Assembly: GCA_964635565.1 (NCBI GenBank) | Contig: CAZWON010000001.1 | Span: 7,020 to 71,019, forward strand | Origin: an uncultured Planctomycetia bacterium | Lineage (GTDB): Bacteria; Omnitrophota; Gorgyraeia; Duberdicusellales; 4484-171 | DNA: 64,000 nucleotides | Direction of reading: 5' to 3' | Shown here: in pieces, positions 27,689 through 38,450 of the stretch | Layout of the letters: the number at the start of each line of letters is the position of its first letter | Position numbering within the stretch: the first letter of the stretch is position 1 | Program-made: the position numbers and the translations under genes | The notes under the pieces: model-generated | The model's database searches: none | The model's input: the letters and a program-made list of their open reading frames with translations, nothing else | What the model was told of the DNA's origin: nothing

Positions 27689-29761
27689 ATGGAAAGAAAT
27701 AATATTCGCTATATCAAAGGCATTGGCCCTAAAAGAGAGAAGATTTTTAATCGATTGGGTATTTATACCATAAGGGATCTTCTCTATTATTTCCCTTTAC
27801 GTTATGAAGATAGGCGCAACATAAAGAAGATAAATCAATTAAAGGAAGATGAAGTTTCTTTAGTAGAAGCTAAAGTATTAGCCAGAAATTTAAAGCCTTT
27901 TAAATTTAGGCCTCATTGGCAAAGAAGAGTTAAAGATAATATTTTTGAGATAGCAGTGGAAGATGATAGTGGGATTCTTATGTGTGTATGGTTTAACCAG
28001 GGATATTTAAAAGATTATATAAAAGTAGGGGATAGAGTTATTATTTACGGGAAAGTAAAAAGATATAAAGGGAAGTTACAGATGGTTTCTCCTGAGTTTG
28101 AACTTTTAGACGAAAAAGACTCTTCTCTAAATATAGGAAGAATCGTGGGTTTCTACCGTCTTAAAGAAGGATTGACTCAGAAAAATATAAGAAAGGTAAT
28201 ATATTTCTGTTTAGATAATTTTGGGAATAAGGTGAGTGACCCTTTACCTTATTATATTAGAAAAAAGAATAATTTATCTAATATTTATCATAGTTTAAAA
28301 AATATTCATTTTCCTGATTCCTTAAATGAAGCTCTGTTTGCACGCCGACGTTTTATATTTGAAGAATTATTTTTCTCTCAAATTTTAGTATATTTACGGA
28401 AAGCTTCCTACCGTGTAAAAAAAAGTATTTCTTTAATTTGTTCTCCTAAATTTATTTCCCAATTAAAGAATAGTCTGCCATTTTCTCTTACTTCTTCTCA
28501 GGAGAAAGCAATAGAAGAGATTATAAATGATTTAGCCAAGCCTTACCCTATGCACCGTTTACTTCAAGGAGATGTAGGAAGTGGTAAGACTGTTGTAGCT
28601 TGTTTTGCGCTAGCAGTAGCGGTTAAGTGTGGATGCCAAGTGGCATTTATGGTTCCTACAGAAGTTCTTGCTTACCAGCATCTTATGACATTTAAAAAAT
28701 TATTTAAGGGATTTGGTTTCCGTATAGAGGTTTTAACTTCAAGCTTAACCCAGAAGAGTAAAAAGAAGATTAGCTATGATTTGAAAAATGCAAAGATAGA
28801 TATTATCTTAGGAACACATTCCCTTATAGAAGAATCTATTAGTTTTAAGAAGTTGGGGCTTGTGGTTATTGATGAACAACATAAATTTGGGGTTGCTCAG
28901 CGTGCTCTTTTGTCAAAAAAAGCAAGAGGTTATTTTCCTCATTGTTTAGTTATGAGTGCTACACCTATTCCCCGAAGTTTAGCACTTTCATTGTATGGTG
29001 ACCTTGATTTTTCTGTAATTCAAGAATTACCTCCTCATCGGAAACAGCCCAAGACTATATGGATAGAGGAGGATAAAAGGAGATGGGTTTATGATTTTTT
29101 AAGGGATAAGCTTAAAGAAAACCGCCAGGTTTATATTATTTATCCTGTAATTGACGAGAGTAACGATAGTGAATTAAAATCACTTACTCAGATGTATAGG
29201 ATAGTGAAAAGAGAGTTTAAGGATTTTAGAGTAGATGTTTTTCATGGAAGAATGAAATCGGGAGAGAAAGAAAGAATTATTAAAGAATTTAGAGATAATA
29301 CAATAGATATTCTTATTGCTACTACTGTAATTGAAGTAGGTATTGATATTGAAAATGCTACTGTAATGGTAGTAGAGAATCCGGAAAGGTTTGGATTGTC
29401 TCAACTGCATCAGTTACGGGGAAGGATCCGCCGTTCTATCTACCAGCCTTATTTTATTCTTATCAGTAGCTCTAAGATAAGTGATAATGCACGTAGAAGA
29501 TTAGAAGTTATCAGTAAAGTAAGTGATGGTTTTAAGGTTGCTGAGGAGGATCTTAAATTAAGAGGCCCAGGTGATTTCTTTGGCCATCTTCAATCGGGTT
29601 TTCCTCAGTTAAAGATAGCTAATCCTTTAGAGGATCTTGCTATTTTGAAAAGAGTAAGGAAATGTGCTTATGAAGTAATAAAAAAGGATCCTTTGTTAAA
29701 AGAGTCTTTCCATCGGTGCATAAAAGAACATATTGGTTTCTGGCGGGGAGGGTTTAAATAA
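27689..29761 (+). CDS. recG: ATP-dependent DNA helicase RecG
   Basis: LLQGDVGSGKT, DEQHKFG, MSATPIPR, QLHQLRGR, DLKLRGPG. Confidence 0.97.
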   Translation: MERNNIRYIKGIGPKREKIFNRLGIYTIRDLLYYFPLRYEDRRNIKKINQLKEDEVSLVEAKVLARNLKPFKFRPHWQRRVKDNIFEIAVEDDSGILMCVWFNQGYLKDYIKVGDRVIIYGKVKRYKGKLQMVSPEFELLDEKDSSLNIGRIVGFYRLKEGLTQKNIRKVIYFCLDNFGNKVSDPLPYYIRKKNNLSNIYHSLKNIHFPDSLNEALFARRRFIFEELFFSQILVYLRKASYRVKKSISLICSPKFISQLKNSLPFSLTSSQEKAIEEIINDLAKPYPMHRLLQGDVGSGKTVVACFALAVAVKCGCQVAFMVPTEVLAYQHLMTFKKLFKGFGFRIEVLTSSLTQKSKKKISYDLKNAKIDIILGTHSLIEESISFKKLGLVVIDEQHKFGVAQRALLSKKARGYFPHCLVMSATPIPRSLALSLYGDLDFSVIQELPPHRKQPKTIWIEEDKRRWVYDFLRDKLKENRQVYIIYPVIDESNDSELKSLTQMYRIVKREFKDFRVDVFHGRMKSGEKERIIKEFRDNTIDILIATTVIEVGIDIENATVMVVENPERFGLSQLHQLRGRIRRSIYQPYFILISSSKISDNARRRLEVISKVSDGFKVAEEDLKLRGPGDFFGHLQSGFPQLKIANPLEDLAILKRVRKCAYEVIKKDPLLKESFHRCIKEHIGFWRGGFK

Positions 29762-29811
29762 AACTGAAGAATAATTAAAAAACTATATACCATCCTATTA
29801 GCTAAAGAAAG

Positions 29812-30354
29812 ATGCGTATTATTGGAGGAAAATTTAAAGGGGCACCTCTAAAGGCTTTTAGAAATATTAAACCTGCCTCTTTTAGAGTAAGGAAGGGGAT
29901 TTTTGATATTATAAGAGAGATTATAAAAAATAGTGTAGTATTAGATCTCTTTGGTGGTAGTGGGGCCTTAGGAATTGAAGCTTTCTCTTGGGGAGCAAAG
30001 TTTGTAGTGTTTGTGGATATTCATAGAGGATGTACTAAAATCATAAAGGACAATGTTTCTCGTCTTAAGCTTTCCTCTTCTAGTAAAATTATCCTCAAGG
30101 ATAGTTTCAAAGCAATAAAGGATTTCAGTAGCAAAAATTTGTTATTCGATATTATTTTCGTTGACCCCCCTTATTATAAGGGTTTAGCCAAAAAAGCCTT
30201 GCAAACACTGGATGAATATGATATATTAGCTCCTTCTGGGTATATTATTGTTTTATGCTACCGCGAAGATGCACCAGGAGATTGTTACCAGAGTTTTAAG
30301 GTTGTTACTGTTAGAAATTACGGCCAGAGCAGATTGTTTGTTTATAGAAAGTAG
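29812..30354 (+). CDS. rsmD: 16S rRNA m2G966 methyltransferase
   Basis: MRIIGG, LDLFGGSGALG, DPPY; located between recG and coaD. Confidence 0.92.
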   Translation: MRIIGGKFKGAPLKAFRNIKPASFRVRKGIFDIIREIIKNSVVLDLFGGSGALGIEAFSWGAKFVVFVDIHRGCTKIIKDNVSRLKLSSSSKIILKDSFKAIKDFSSKNLLFDIIFVDPPYYKGLAKKALQTLDEYDILAPSGYIIVLCYREDAPGDCYQSFKVVTVRNYGQSRLFVYRK

Positions 30355-30362
30355 TCTTTCCC

Positions 30363-30857
30363 ATGAAAAAAGCAATCTATCCCGGGACATTTGACCCTAT
30401 CACTTTTGGCCATATAGATATTATAAAACGAGCGGCATTTATTTTTGATGAAGTAATTATTGCGGTGGTAAAAAAGCCTTCAAAGAATATTGTTTTTTCA
30501 TATAAGGAAAGGTTTAATTTGGTTAAGGAAGCAGTAAGAGATATTCCCAATGTTAAAGTTGAGGGTTTTGATGGTTTAGTGGTAGCTTTTGCTAAGAAGA
30601 AGAGAATAAATGTTATTGTGAGGGGTTTAAGGATGATTTCTGACTTTGAATATGAGTTCCAGATGGCTTTAACCAACAGAAATTTATCTCCTCGAATAGA
30701 GACTATTTTTCTAATGCCCCATCCTAATTACTCTTATCTTTCTTCCCGGTTAGTCAAAGAGATAGTTTATTTAGGAGGTAATCTAAAAGATTTTCTACCC
30801 TCTGAGTGCATAGAGGCTTTAAAGAAAAAGTTAAAAAGAAAAAATAAGTTTTTTTAG
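30363..30857 (+). CDS. coaD: Phosphopantetheine adenylyltransferase
   Basis: YPGTFDPITFGH, RGLR--SDFEYE, SS-LVKE. Confidence 0.97.
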   Translation: MKKAIYPGTFDPITFGHIDIIKRAAFIFDEVIIAVVKKPSKNIVFSYKERFNLVKEAVRDIPNVKVEGFDGLVVAFAKKKRINVIVRGLRMISDFEYEFQMALTNRNLSPRIETIFLMPHPNYSYLSSRLVKEIVYLGGNLKDFLPSECIEALKKKLKRKNKFF

Positions 30858-30879
30858 AGACGATAAAAAATATGCATAT

Positions 30880-31290
30880 ATGCGTATAGAAGTAGAGAGA
30901 ATAAAAAGTAGTCCTTTAGAGATAAGCGAAGATATTAAGGCAGAAAGGTGGGATTTAGATAGCTTTGATGTAAAGTTTGTGGGGAATATCCATCTTAATT
31001 GTAAGTTCATAAAAGCAGGTAGAGAGATTTTTGTTGAATGTAATATTGCTACAGAACGCAATATTATCTGTTCTCGGTGTTTAAGTTGGGCTCATCAAGT
31101 GTGTAGGCAAGATTTTAAGCGCAGTTATTCTTTGTCATTAATAGATAGTTACTTAGATATTGATGAAGATATAAGAGAAGAAATTCTTCTTAATTTCCCT
31201 ATGAAGGTATTATGTAGCCCTGATTGTAAAGGGATATGTTCTGGTTGTGGAGTAAATCTTAACATTGAAAAATGCAGGTGTAAGAAGTAA
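30880..31290 (+). CDS. YceD/DUF177 family protein
   Basis: CSRCL, P-K-LC-PDCKGIC--CG; directly upstream of rpmF. Confidence 0.9.
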   Translation: MRIEVERIKSSPLEISEDIKAERWDLDSFDVKFVGNIHLNCKFIKAGREIFVECNIATERNIICSRCLSWAHQVCRQDFKRSYSLSLIDSYLDIDEDIREEILLNFPMKVLCSPDCKGICSGCGVNLNIEKCRCKK

Positions 31291-31420
31291 AGAGTTTGCG
31301 TCAGTATTGATTAATTTATAATGTAGCAATTGATGAAGAAGAAGATGCTTATGATTTTTAAAATAGTAATACAAGAAAGAGAATTTTTTGTGTTAAAGAG
31401 AATTAAAGGAGGTTATTTAT

Positions 31421-31621
31421 ATGGCACATCCTAAAAGAAAACAATCGCATTCCCGGACACGTAAACGGCGTACCCACTATAGACTTTCTATACCTCAGTT
31501 AGTAAGATGTTCAGAATGCAGAAGACTTAAACCTGCTCATATGGTTTGTCCTTTTTGTGGATATTACAAAGGCAAAGAAGTAGTGGTTATAGAGTATAAA
31601 GAAAAAAAGAAGAAGACCTGA
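31421..31621 (+). CDS. rpmF: 50S ribosomal protein L32 (zinc-ribbon type)
   Basis: MAHPKRK-S, CSEC...CPFCGYY; AAAGGAGG SD. Confidence 0.96.
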   Translation: MAHPKRKQSHSRTRKRRTHYRLSIPQLVRCSECRRLKPAHMVCPFCGYYKGKEVVVIEYKEKKKKT

Positions 31622-32667
31622 TGATTGAGGTTAATAAAAGATATAAGATAGGGATAGATATTTCAGGAGGAGATTTTGCTCCTTCAGAGATATTTAAAGG
31701 AGTGGTATTAGCCAAAAAAGAGTTCTGTTTAGATATAGTTTTGATAGGTTCTCAAGGAGAAATAATAAAAGAGGCAGAAAAAGAGAAGGTAGATTTAAGT
31801 AACTTTGAAATTGTTGATGCGCCTGAGAAGATTGGTATGAATGATGAAGGAGCAATGTCAGTAAGGAGAAAAAAGCAATCATCGATTGTTATTGGAGCAA
31901 AACTCTTAAAAGAGAGAAAAATAGATGCTTTTGTTTCCTGTGGTAATACTGGTGCAGTAGTTAGTGCAGCAAGTATAATGGTAGGGCTTATTGAAGGTGT
32001 AGAACGACCCGGTATTGCTGTTCTTCTTCCTAATTTTAAAGGAGTCTCTTTAGTTATTGATGTAGGGGCTAATATTAATCCTAAGCCATTACACCTTCTT
32101 CAATATGGGATTATGGCTACTTTATATTATGAGGTAGTATTTAATAAGCATAGTCCTACGGTTGGTCTTCTGAATATTGGAGAAGAAGAGAGTAAAGGTT
32201 CAGAATTTATAAAGATTGCCCATAGACTCTTCTCATCTTCATCTTTAAATTTTATAGGAAATGTGGAAGCGAAAGAAGTTTTTTCAGGCACCTGCGATTG
32301 TATAGTATGCGATGGTTTAGTAGGTAATATTGCTTTAAAAGTTTCTGAAGGTGTGGCAGAAATGACAGCAAAATTTTTGATTGATGCTATAAAAAAAGAT
32401 TTTTTAGGAAAATTAGGTATTCTTTTTATAAAAAAGAGTCTTAACAAGCTTAGAAGGTTTACTGATTATGCTGAGTATGGGGGAGCACCTCTTTTAGGGG
32501 TTAATGGGGTTGTAATTATTGGCCATGGCCGTTCCTCGCGCTATGCAGTTAAGAACGCTATTAAAGTTGCTACTCAGGAGTTAAACCGTCAATTAATTGA
32601 TACTATAAGAGATAAGTTAAATGAGATATGCCAGGATAATAGGGTTAGGCAAGTACTTACCTCCTAA
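31621..32667 (+). CDS. plsX: Phosphate acyltransferase PlsX
   Basis: D--GGDFAP, GNTGA, DVGAN, LLNIGEE--KG, GGAPLLG, GHG-S. Confidence 0.97.
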   Translation: MIEVNKRYKIGIDISGGDFAPSEIFKGVVLAKKEFCLDIVLIGSQGEIIKEAEKEKVDLSNFEIVDAPEKIGMNDEGAMSVRRKKQSSIVIGAKLLKERKIDAFVSCGNTGAVVSAASIMVGLIEGVERPGIAVLLPNFKGVSLVIDVGANINPKPLHLLQYGIMATLYYEVVFNKHSPTVGLLNIGEEESKGSEFIKIAHRLFSSSSLNFIGNVEAKEVFSGTCDCIVCDGLVGNIALKVSEGVAEMTAKFLIDAIKKDFLGKLGILFIKKSLNKLRRFTDYAEYGGAPLLGVNGVVIIGHGRSSRYAVKNAIKVATQELNRQLIDTIRDKLNEICQDNRVRQVLTS

Positions 32668-33601
32668 GGTATTAACAAATCAAGACTTAGAGAAAATTGT
32701 TGATACTTCTGATGAGTGGATTACTACGCGCACAGGAATAAAAACACGCCATATCGCTCAAGATAAAGAGAGTACTTCTGCAATAGCGTTGCCCGCAGCA
32801 AGATTGGCTTTAAAACGTGCTCAATTATCAGCAAAAGATTTAGATGCAATTATTGTTGCTACTATAACTCCTGATAATCAATTCCCCTCTACTGCCTGTT
32901 ACTTACAACACTATTTGAAAGCAGAAAAGGCTGCTTCTCTTGATATTGCTGCGGCATGTGCTGGCTTTATTTATGCATTGGTATATGCTCAAGGCTTGAT
33001 AGAAAGCGGCATCGCTAACAATATTTTAGTTGTGGGAGCAGAAACCCTTTCAAAACTTACCGATTGGGAAGATCGTTCTACGTGTGTTCTTTTTGGTGAT
33101 GGAGCAGGAGCAGCAGTGTTATCTTCGGGAAGAAAAAAGAGTTTCCTTGCCTCTTCATTAGGAGCAGATGGTTCTTATGGAGAGTTACTTATTCTTCCTG
33201 CAGGTGGCTCCCGTCTACCTACTTCTAAAAAGACTGTAAAAGAAAAGATGCATTTCATTAAGATGAAGGGAAATGAGCTTTTTCGTCTGGCAGTAAGAAT
33301 TATGGTTGATGCTGCCAAGGATGCTTTAAAAAAAGCAAATTTAGATAGTACCAAGATTAAACTGTTAGTCCCTCATCAGGCAAATATTCGTATAATTAAT
33401 GCAGTTGCTACAAGGCTTAAACTTCCTTCTCATATGGTGTATTTGAATATTCAAAGATATGGGAATATGTCCTCTGCTTCAACTGCAATTGCTTTATGTG
33501 AGGCGTATGAGGAGGAACTCATTAAAAAGGGGGATATTGTGGTTCTCGATGCTTTTGGTGGAGGACTTGTATGGGGAGCATTAGTTATAGAGTGGGTTTA
33601 A
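32621..33601 (+). CDS. fabH: Beta-ketoacyl-ACP synthase III
   Basis: DTSDEWI--RTGI, AACAGF, LFGDGAGA, PHQAN, GNMSSAS. Confidence 0.97.
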   Translation: MRYARIIGLGKYLPPKVLTNQDLEKIVDTSDEWITTRTGIKTRHIAQDKESTSAIALPAARLALKRAQLSAKDLDAIIVATITPDNQFPSTACYLQHYLKAEKAASLDIAAACAGFIYALVYAQGLIESGIANNILVVGAETLSKLTDWEDRSTCVLFGDGAGAAVLSSGRKKSFLASSLGADGSYGELLILPAGGSRLPTSKKTVKEKMHFIKMKGNELFRLAVRIMVDAAKDALKKANLDSTKIKLLVPHQANIRIINAVATRLKLPSHMVYLNIQRYGNMSSASTAIALCEAYEEELIKKGDIVVLDAFGGGLVWGALVIEWV

Positions 33602-33706
33602 TCAAATAGCGATTAGCAGATATTAAGTCTAGTATTCTCGCATCAAAGAAAATGTAATCTAAGAACAAAAATTAAGAGAGTATTTATTGATTATTTATTT
33701 TTGATT

Positions 33707-34600
33707 ATGAATGCTGTTATTTTTCCTGGTCAAGGCGCACAATATCCCGGAATGGGAAAAGATTTTTATGATAATTTTACCTCTGCTCAGAATATTTTTT
33801 CCCATATAGATGAAATTGTAGGATTCCCTCTAAAGGAAAAGTGTTTTTATGGTACAAAAGAAGAATTAGAAGATACATTTTTTCAGCAACTGGCTATTTT
33901 AGCGACAAATTTAGCTATCTTTGAAGTTTTTAAAGAGAAAAAAATAAAAATAGATTATTTTTCCGGTTTAAGTTTGGGAGAATATAGTTGTCTTTATCCT
34001 GCAGGTGTGTTATCTCTTAAGGATTTAGTAGTTTTAATTAAAGAGCGTGCTTTAGCAATGCAAGAAGCAGCAAAAATAAACCCTTCGTGTATGTTTGCGG
34101 TGTTAGGGGTAGAAGAAGAAATGTTGAGAAATAATGAGGGAGAAGGATTTTATATTGCTAATATTAATTCTCCTTCTCAAATAGTTATATCGTTAGCTAA
34201 AAAAAATAGACAACGTATTAAAGATGCTCTGGAGAAAATAGGGCTAAAGGTAATAGAACTTTCTGTTAGCGGTGGGTTTCATTCTCCTTTTATGGAGCCT
34301 GCTAAAGAGAGACTTAAGAAGGTAATGGATAGTTTAGAATTTTCAAATGCTCATACACCTATAATAAGTAATTTTACTGCCAAAGGTCATACGGATAAAG
34401 AGGAGATAAAGTCTAATCTTATAAATCAGCTTACCCATTCTGTTCTATGGAGAAAATGCGTAGATTATATGGTAGAAGCAGGGGTAGATACTTTTTTTGA
34501 AGTAGGACCGTCTCGCATATTAAGGGGACTTATACGTAAAATTAATCCTGCCATTAAAGTAATTAATATAGAGAAAAAAGACGATTGGGATAGTCTTTAA
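33707..34600 (+). CDS. fabD: Malonyl-CoA-ACP transacylase
   Basis: FPGQGAQ, GLSLGEY, SGGFHS, EVGP. Confidence 0.96.
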   Translation: MNAVIFPGQGAQYPGMGKDFYDNFTSAQNIFSHIDEIVGFPLKEKCFYGTKEELEDTFFQQLAILATNLAIFEVFKEKKIKIDYFSGLSLGEYSCLYPAGVLSLKDLVVLIKERALAMQEAAKINPSCMFAVLGVEEEMLRNNEGEGFYIANINSPSQIVISLAKKNRQRIKDALEKIGLKVIELSVSGGFHSPFMEPAKERLKKVMDSLEFSNAHTPIISNFTAKGHTDKEEIKSNLINQLTHSVLWRKCVDYMVEAGVDTFFEVGPSRILRGLIRKINPAIKVINIEKKDDWDSL

Positions 34601-34657
34601 AGAGATATGTCTGTACATATGAATCTGCTTGTTATATTTACTTAGAAGGAGGGAGAT

Positions 34658-35392
34658 ATGCGTTTTAAAGATAAAATAGTTATAGTGACAGGAGCAGCAC
34701 AAGGGATAGGCAAAGAAATAGCTTTACAGTTCTGTAGAGAAAAAGCGAAAGTAGTTCTTTTTGATATAAAGAAAGATATTCTTGAGGAAACTGAGAAAGA
34801 ATTAGGAAGGTATTCTGAAGTTATGGGATTGATTGTTAATGTAGTAAATTTCGAAGAAGTGGGAAAAAATATCAACAAAGTTATTGACAAGTTTTCTAGA
34901 GTTGATATATTAGTTAACAATGCGGGGATAACCAAAGACAATTTGGTCTTACGGCTCTCTGAAAATGAGTGGGATAGTGTTTTAGCAGTTAACCTCAAAG
35001 GAGCTTTTAATTGCATAAAGGCAACAGCAAGATTTATGGTAAAACAGCGATATGGAAGAATTATTAATATTTCCTCTATTATTGGAATAGTAGGTAATGC
35101 TGGCCAAATTAATTATGCTGCTTCTAAAGCTGCCATTATTGGTATTACCAAAACCTTAGCGAAAGAGTTAGGTTCCCGAAATATCACTGTTAATGCAATT
35201 GCTCCTGGTTATATTGAGACTCCTATGACCGAGAAATTAGATAAGAAGGTTAAGGAGGAAATGCTTTCACGTATTCCTTTAGGGAGATTTGGGAGGCCTT
35301 CTGATGTGGCAAAAGCAGTTTTATTTTTAGCATCAAATGATGGTGATTACATAAATGGCCAGGTAATTGTTGTAGATGGAGGGCTTATTTAA
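34658..35392 (+). CDS. fabG: 3-oxoacyl-ACP reductase
   Basis: TGAAQGIG, NNAGIT-D, YAASK, VDGG. Confidence 0.96.
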   Translation: MRFKDKIVIVTGAAQGIGKEIALQFCREKAKVVLFDIKKDILEETEKELGRYSEVMGLIVNVVNFEEVGKNINKVIDKFSRVDILVNNAGITKDNLVLRLSENEWDSVLAVNLKGAFNCIKATARFMVKQRYGRIINISSIIGIVGNAGQINYAASKAAIIGITKTLAKELGSRNITVNAIAPGYIETPMTEKLDKKVKEEMLSRIPLGRFGRPSDVAKAVLFLASNDGDYINGQVIVVDGGLI

Positions 35393-35453
35393 TGTGAGGA
35401 AAGAGGAGAAACATTAGATGTAGAGAGATTGAATTGGGAAAAAGGAGGTAAGA

Positions 35454-35699
35454 ATGGGAATCGAAGAGAAAGTAAAAGACATAATTGCTGAACAGTTAGG
35501 CGTAAAAAAAGAAGAAATTAAACCGGAAAGCTCCTTTATTGATGATTTAGGAGCCGATTCTTTAGATACAGTAGAATTAGTTATGGCGCTGGAAGAAGAG
35601 TTTGGTATTGAGATTCCTGATGAGGATGCGGAAAAAATGACTACAGTAGGGGATGCTCTTAAATATATAGAAGATAAAGTTAAGAATAAATCTTCCTAA
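35454..35699 (+). CDS. acpP: Acyl carrier protein
   Basis: [14 protein letters not shown]; AAGGAGG SD. Confidence 0.98.
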   Translation: MGIEEKVKDIIAEQLGVKKEEIKPESSFIDDLGADSLDTVELVMALEEEFGIEIPDEDAEKMTTVGDALKYIEDKVKNKSS

Positions 35700-35710
35700 G
35701 CTCTTTTACA

Positions 35711-36943
35711 ATGAGAAAAGTAGTTGTTACAGGATATGGTGTTGTCTCTCCTGTAGGCGTGAGAGTGGATTCTTTTTGGAATGCTCTTATTCGTGGTGAG
35801 AGTGGTATTGATTTGATTACCCATTTTGATGCCTGTGGTTTTGATTCACAAATTGCAGGAGAAGTAAAGAATTTTGATCCTTCCTCTTTTCTTTCCTCCA
35901 AAGAAATTAAAAGAAGTGCCCGTTTTGTCCAATTTGCTCTCTGTGCTGCTTATGAAGCATTTAAAGAGAGTCATTTAGATGTAAATAATTTTGATCCTTT
36001 TCGCATAGGAGTAATTATTGGCTCGGGTATTGGTAGTCTGGAGATAATAGAAGAAGAACATAAGATATTATTGAGTAAAGGGCCAAAGAAAATATCTCCT
36101 TTTCTTATTCCTATGCTTATCACTAATGAGGCAGCAGGAGTAGTAGCAATTACTTTTGGATTGAAGGGTATTAATTTTTGTACTGTTACTGCTTGTGCTT
36201 CAGGGGCACATGCTATAGGGGAAGCTTATAGGGTGATTCAACAGGATAATGCTGATATTATGATTTGCGGAGGCACAGAAGCTTCCATAACTCCTATGGG
36301 CGTAGGAGGTTTTTGTGCACTTAAAGCTCTTTCCACAAGAAATAGTGAACCTCAGCGTGCTTCAAGGCCTTTTGATAAAGATAGAGATGGCTTTATTATA
36401 GCTGAAGGAGCAGGTATTGTTGTCTTAGAAGAGCTTGAGCATGCAAAAAAAAGGGGAGCAAACATTTGTTGTGAGATCTCTGGTTATGGAGCAACTTGTG
36501 ATGCTTATCATATAACTGCTCCTGATCCTGAAGGTAAAGCTCCTGCTAAGGCGATGGAATTAGCATTGAAAGAAGCAGGAGTTAAAGAAGAGAAGATTTA
36601 TGTGAATGCACACGGAACTTCCACACCGTTAAATGATAAAATGGAAACAATAGCTATGAAAAAGGCATTTGGGAATTATATAGATAATGTTGTTGTAAGT
36701 TCTACTAAGTCAATGATGGGTCATACCTTAGGTGCTGCAGGAGCTATAGAATTTGTTGTTACATGTTTAGCACTTAAGAACAAAATTATTCCTCCGACAG
36801 TAAATTTGGATAATCCTGACCCAGAGTGTGATTTAGATTATACCCCCCATAAAGCACGAGAATTAGATGTTAAGATAGGAATGTCTAATTCTTTGGGATT
36901 TGGTGGACATAATGCTAGTTTGGTAATAAAGGAACTTAAGTAG
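35711..36943 (+). CDS. fabF: Beta-ketoacyl-ACP synthase II
   Basis: TACASG, NAHGTST, GHTLGAAG, GFGGHN. Confidence 0.97.
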   Translation: MRKVVVTGYGVVSPVGVRVDSFWNALIRGESGIDLITHFDACGFDSQIAGEVKNFDPSSFLSSKEIKRSARFVQFALCAAYEAFKESHLDVNNFDPFRIGVIIGSGIGSLEIIEEEHKILLSKGPKKISPFLIPMLITNEAAGVVAITFGLKGINFCTVTACASGAHAIGEAYRVIQQDNADIMICGGTEASITPMGVGGFCALKALSTRNSEPQRASRPFDKDRDGFIIAEGAGIVVLEELEHAKKRGANICCEISGYGATCDAYHITAPDPEGKAPAKAMELALKEAGVKEEKIYVNAHGTSTPLNDKMETIAMKKAFGNYIDNVVVSSTKSMMGHTLGAAGAIEFVVTCLALKNKIIPPTVNLDNPDPECDLDYTPHKARELDVKIGMSNSLGFGGHNASLVIKELK

Positions 36944-37098
36944 CTCTAATTAAATTTAGAGTCCAAAGCTTAATAGTTCTTATTTTTCTGTTGTTAGTCC
37001 ATAAAAATTTTATGATACCCATTGATTAAGCTTGCCTTTTTAAGAGAAGTGTAAGGTTAGAAAATAAAGGGGAATATCTAATTTAGAGAGATAGAGTG

Positions 37099-38370
37099 AT
37101 GGGGTTAACATTGATTGAAAAAATATTACTAAGAGCCTCAAGAAAGAAGCAGTTTACAGACTTTGTTTATGCGAAGGTTGATTTTTGTTTTGGGAATGAT
37201 ATTACTGCTCCTTTAGCAGTAAAACAATTTTATAATGCTCATTTTAAGAGAGTTTTTAACCCTCGAAAAGTTGCTTTTGTGTGCGACCATTTTGTTCCTG
37301 CACGGGACTTAAAAGCATCTAACAATGTAAAAATCTTAAGAGATTTTTCTCGTAAATTCGGTATTAAAAATTTTTTTGATATAAATAATTGTGGGATAGA
37401 ACATGTGTTTTTATTAGAAAAGGCATTCTTTAAGCCAGGAGATTTAATAGTAGGGGCAGATTCTCACACGTGTACTTTTGGGGCCATAGGTTGTGCAAGT
37501 TTCGGTGTAGGCTCTACGGACTTAGCGGGTGTAATGAGTGAAGGTAAGTGTTGGTTTAAAGTTCCTTCTACTATAAAATTTATTTATAAAGGGAAAATTC
37601 CTCCGTGGATTTATGGTAAGGATCTGATTTTGTATACTATAGGTAAAATTGGGGTAGATGGTGCTCTTTATAAAGTAATGGAATTTAGTGGGCCTGTAAT
37701 AAAACATCTTGATATGGAACAAAGATTAACCATTACTAATATGGCAATTGAGGCTGGAGCTAAGACAGCAATTATAGAGCCGGATGAGAAGACACTTAAA
37801 TATTTAGGAAGGTTTACAAAGAAGCGGTTAAAAATAGATGATATTAGAGATTTAAGGTCCGATAAGAGTGCGCAATACGATGATATTATAGAGATTGATG
37901 TAAGTAAGATAGAACCGCAAGTAGCTTGTCCTCATCTTCCCAGTAATACTAAACCAGTGAGCAAGTTGAAGAAAGTTGTTCTTAATCAAGTTGTAATTGG
38001 TTCCTGTACTAATGGACGAATTAGTGACTTACGCCAGGCTGCTTTTATTTTCCGGAGGAAAAAAGTGAAAAAGGGTTTACGGGTTATTATTATTCCTGCA
38101 ACCCCTTTTATCTTTAGGCAGGCAGAGAAAGAAGGATTAATCAGAATATTTTTAGAGGCGGGTTGTGTGATTTGTCCTCCTACTTGTGGGCCGTGTTTGG
38201 GTGGGCATTGTGGCATATTAGATGATAAGGAAATAGCCTTATCTACCACTAATAGAAATTTTATTGGAAGGATGGGTAGTCCTAAAAGTTTTGTGTATTT
38301 AAGTTCTCCTGTAGTTGCTGCAGCTAGTGCAATTACAGGCAGAATAACACATCCTCGTGAAATAAACTGA
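37099..38370 (+). CDS. leuC: 3-isopropylmalate dehydratase large subunit (homoaconitase/LeuC2-type)
   Basis: GADSHTCT, GSCTNGR, CGPCLGGH, STTNRNF-GRMG. Confidence 0.93.
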   Translation: MGLTLIEKILLRASRKKQFTDFVYAKVDFCFGNDITAPLAVKQFYNAHFKRVFNPRKVAFVCDHFVPARDLKASNNVKILRDFSRKFGIKNFFDINNCGIEHVFLLEKAFFKPGDLIVGADSHTCTFGAIGCASFGVGSTDLAGVMSEGKCWFKVPSTIKFIYKGKIPPWIYGKDLILYTIGKIGVDGALYKVMEFSGPVIKHLDMEQRLTITNMAIEAGAKTAIIEPDEKTLKYLGRFTKKRLKIDDIRDLRSDKSAQYDDIIEIDVSKIEPQVACPHLPSNTKPVSKLKKVVLNQVVIGSCTNGRISDLRQAAFIFRRKKVKKGLRVIIIPATPFIFRQAEKEGLIRIFLEAGCVICPPTCGPCLGGHCGILDDKEIALSTTNRNFIGRMGSPKSFVYLSSPVVAAASAITGRITHPREIN

Positions 38371-38450
38371 ATAGTAATAACGATTAAAAATTAGTTCATA
38401 GCTTTATTTTTAGTTTATAAATTCATATAAATAATATAAACTTAGTATAT

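Noticed and set aside
33955-33990. FabD GLSLG instead of GHSLG as a sign of inactivation
   Set aside because: The GxSxG nucleophile Ser and the downstream FHS His are intact; this is an ordinary variant.
36944-37098. Leucine attenuator or T-box upstream of leuC
   Set aside because: No Leu-rich leader peptide, no T-box consensus and no terminator/antiterminator pair; only a weak 6-bp hairpin.
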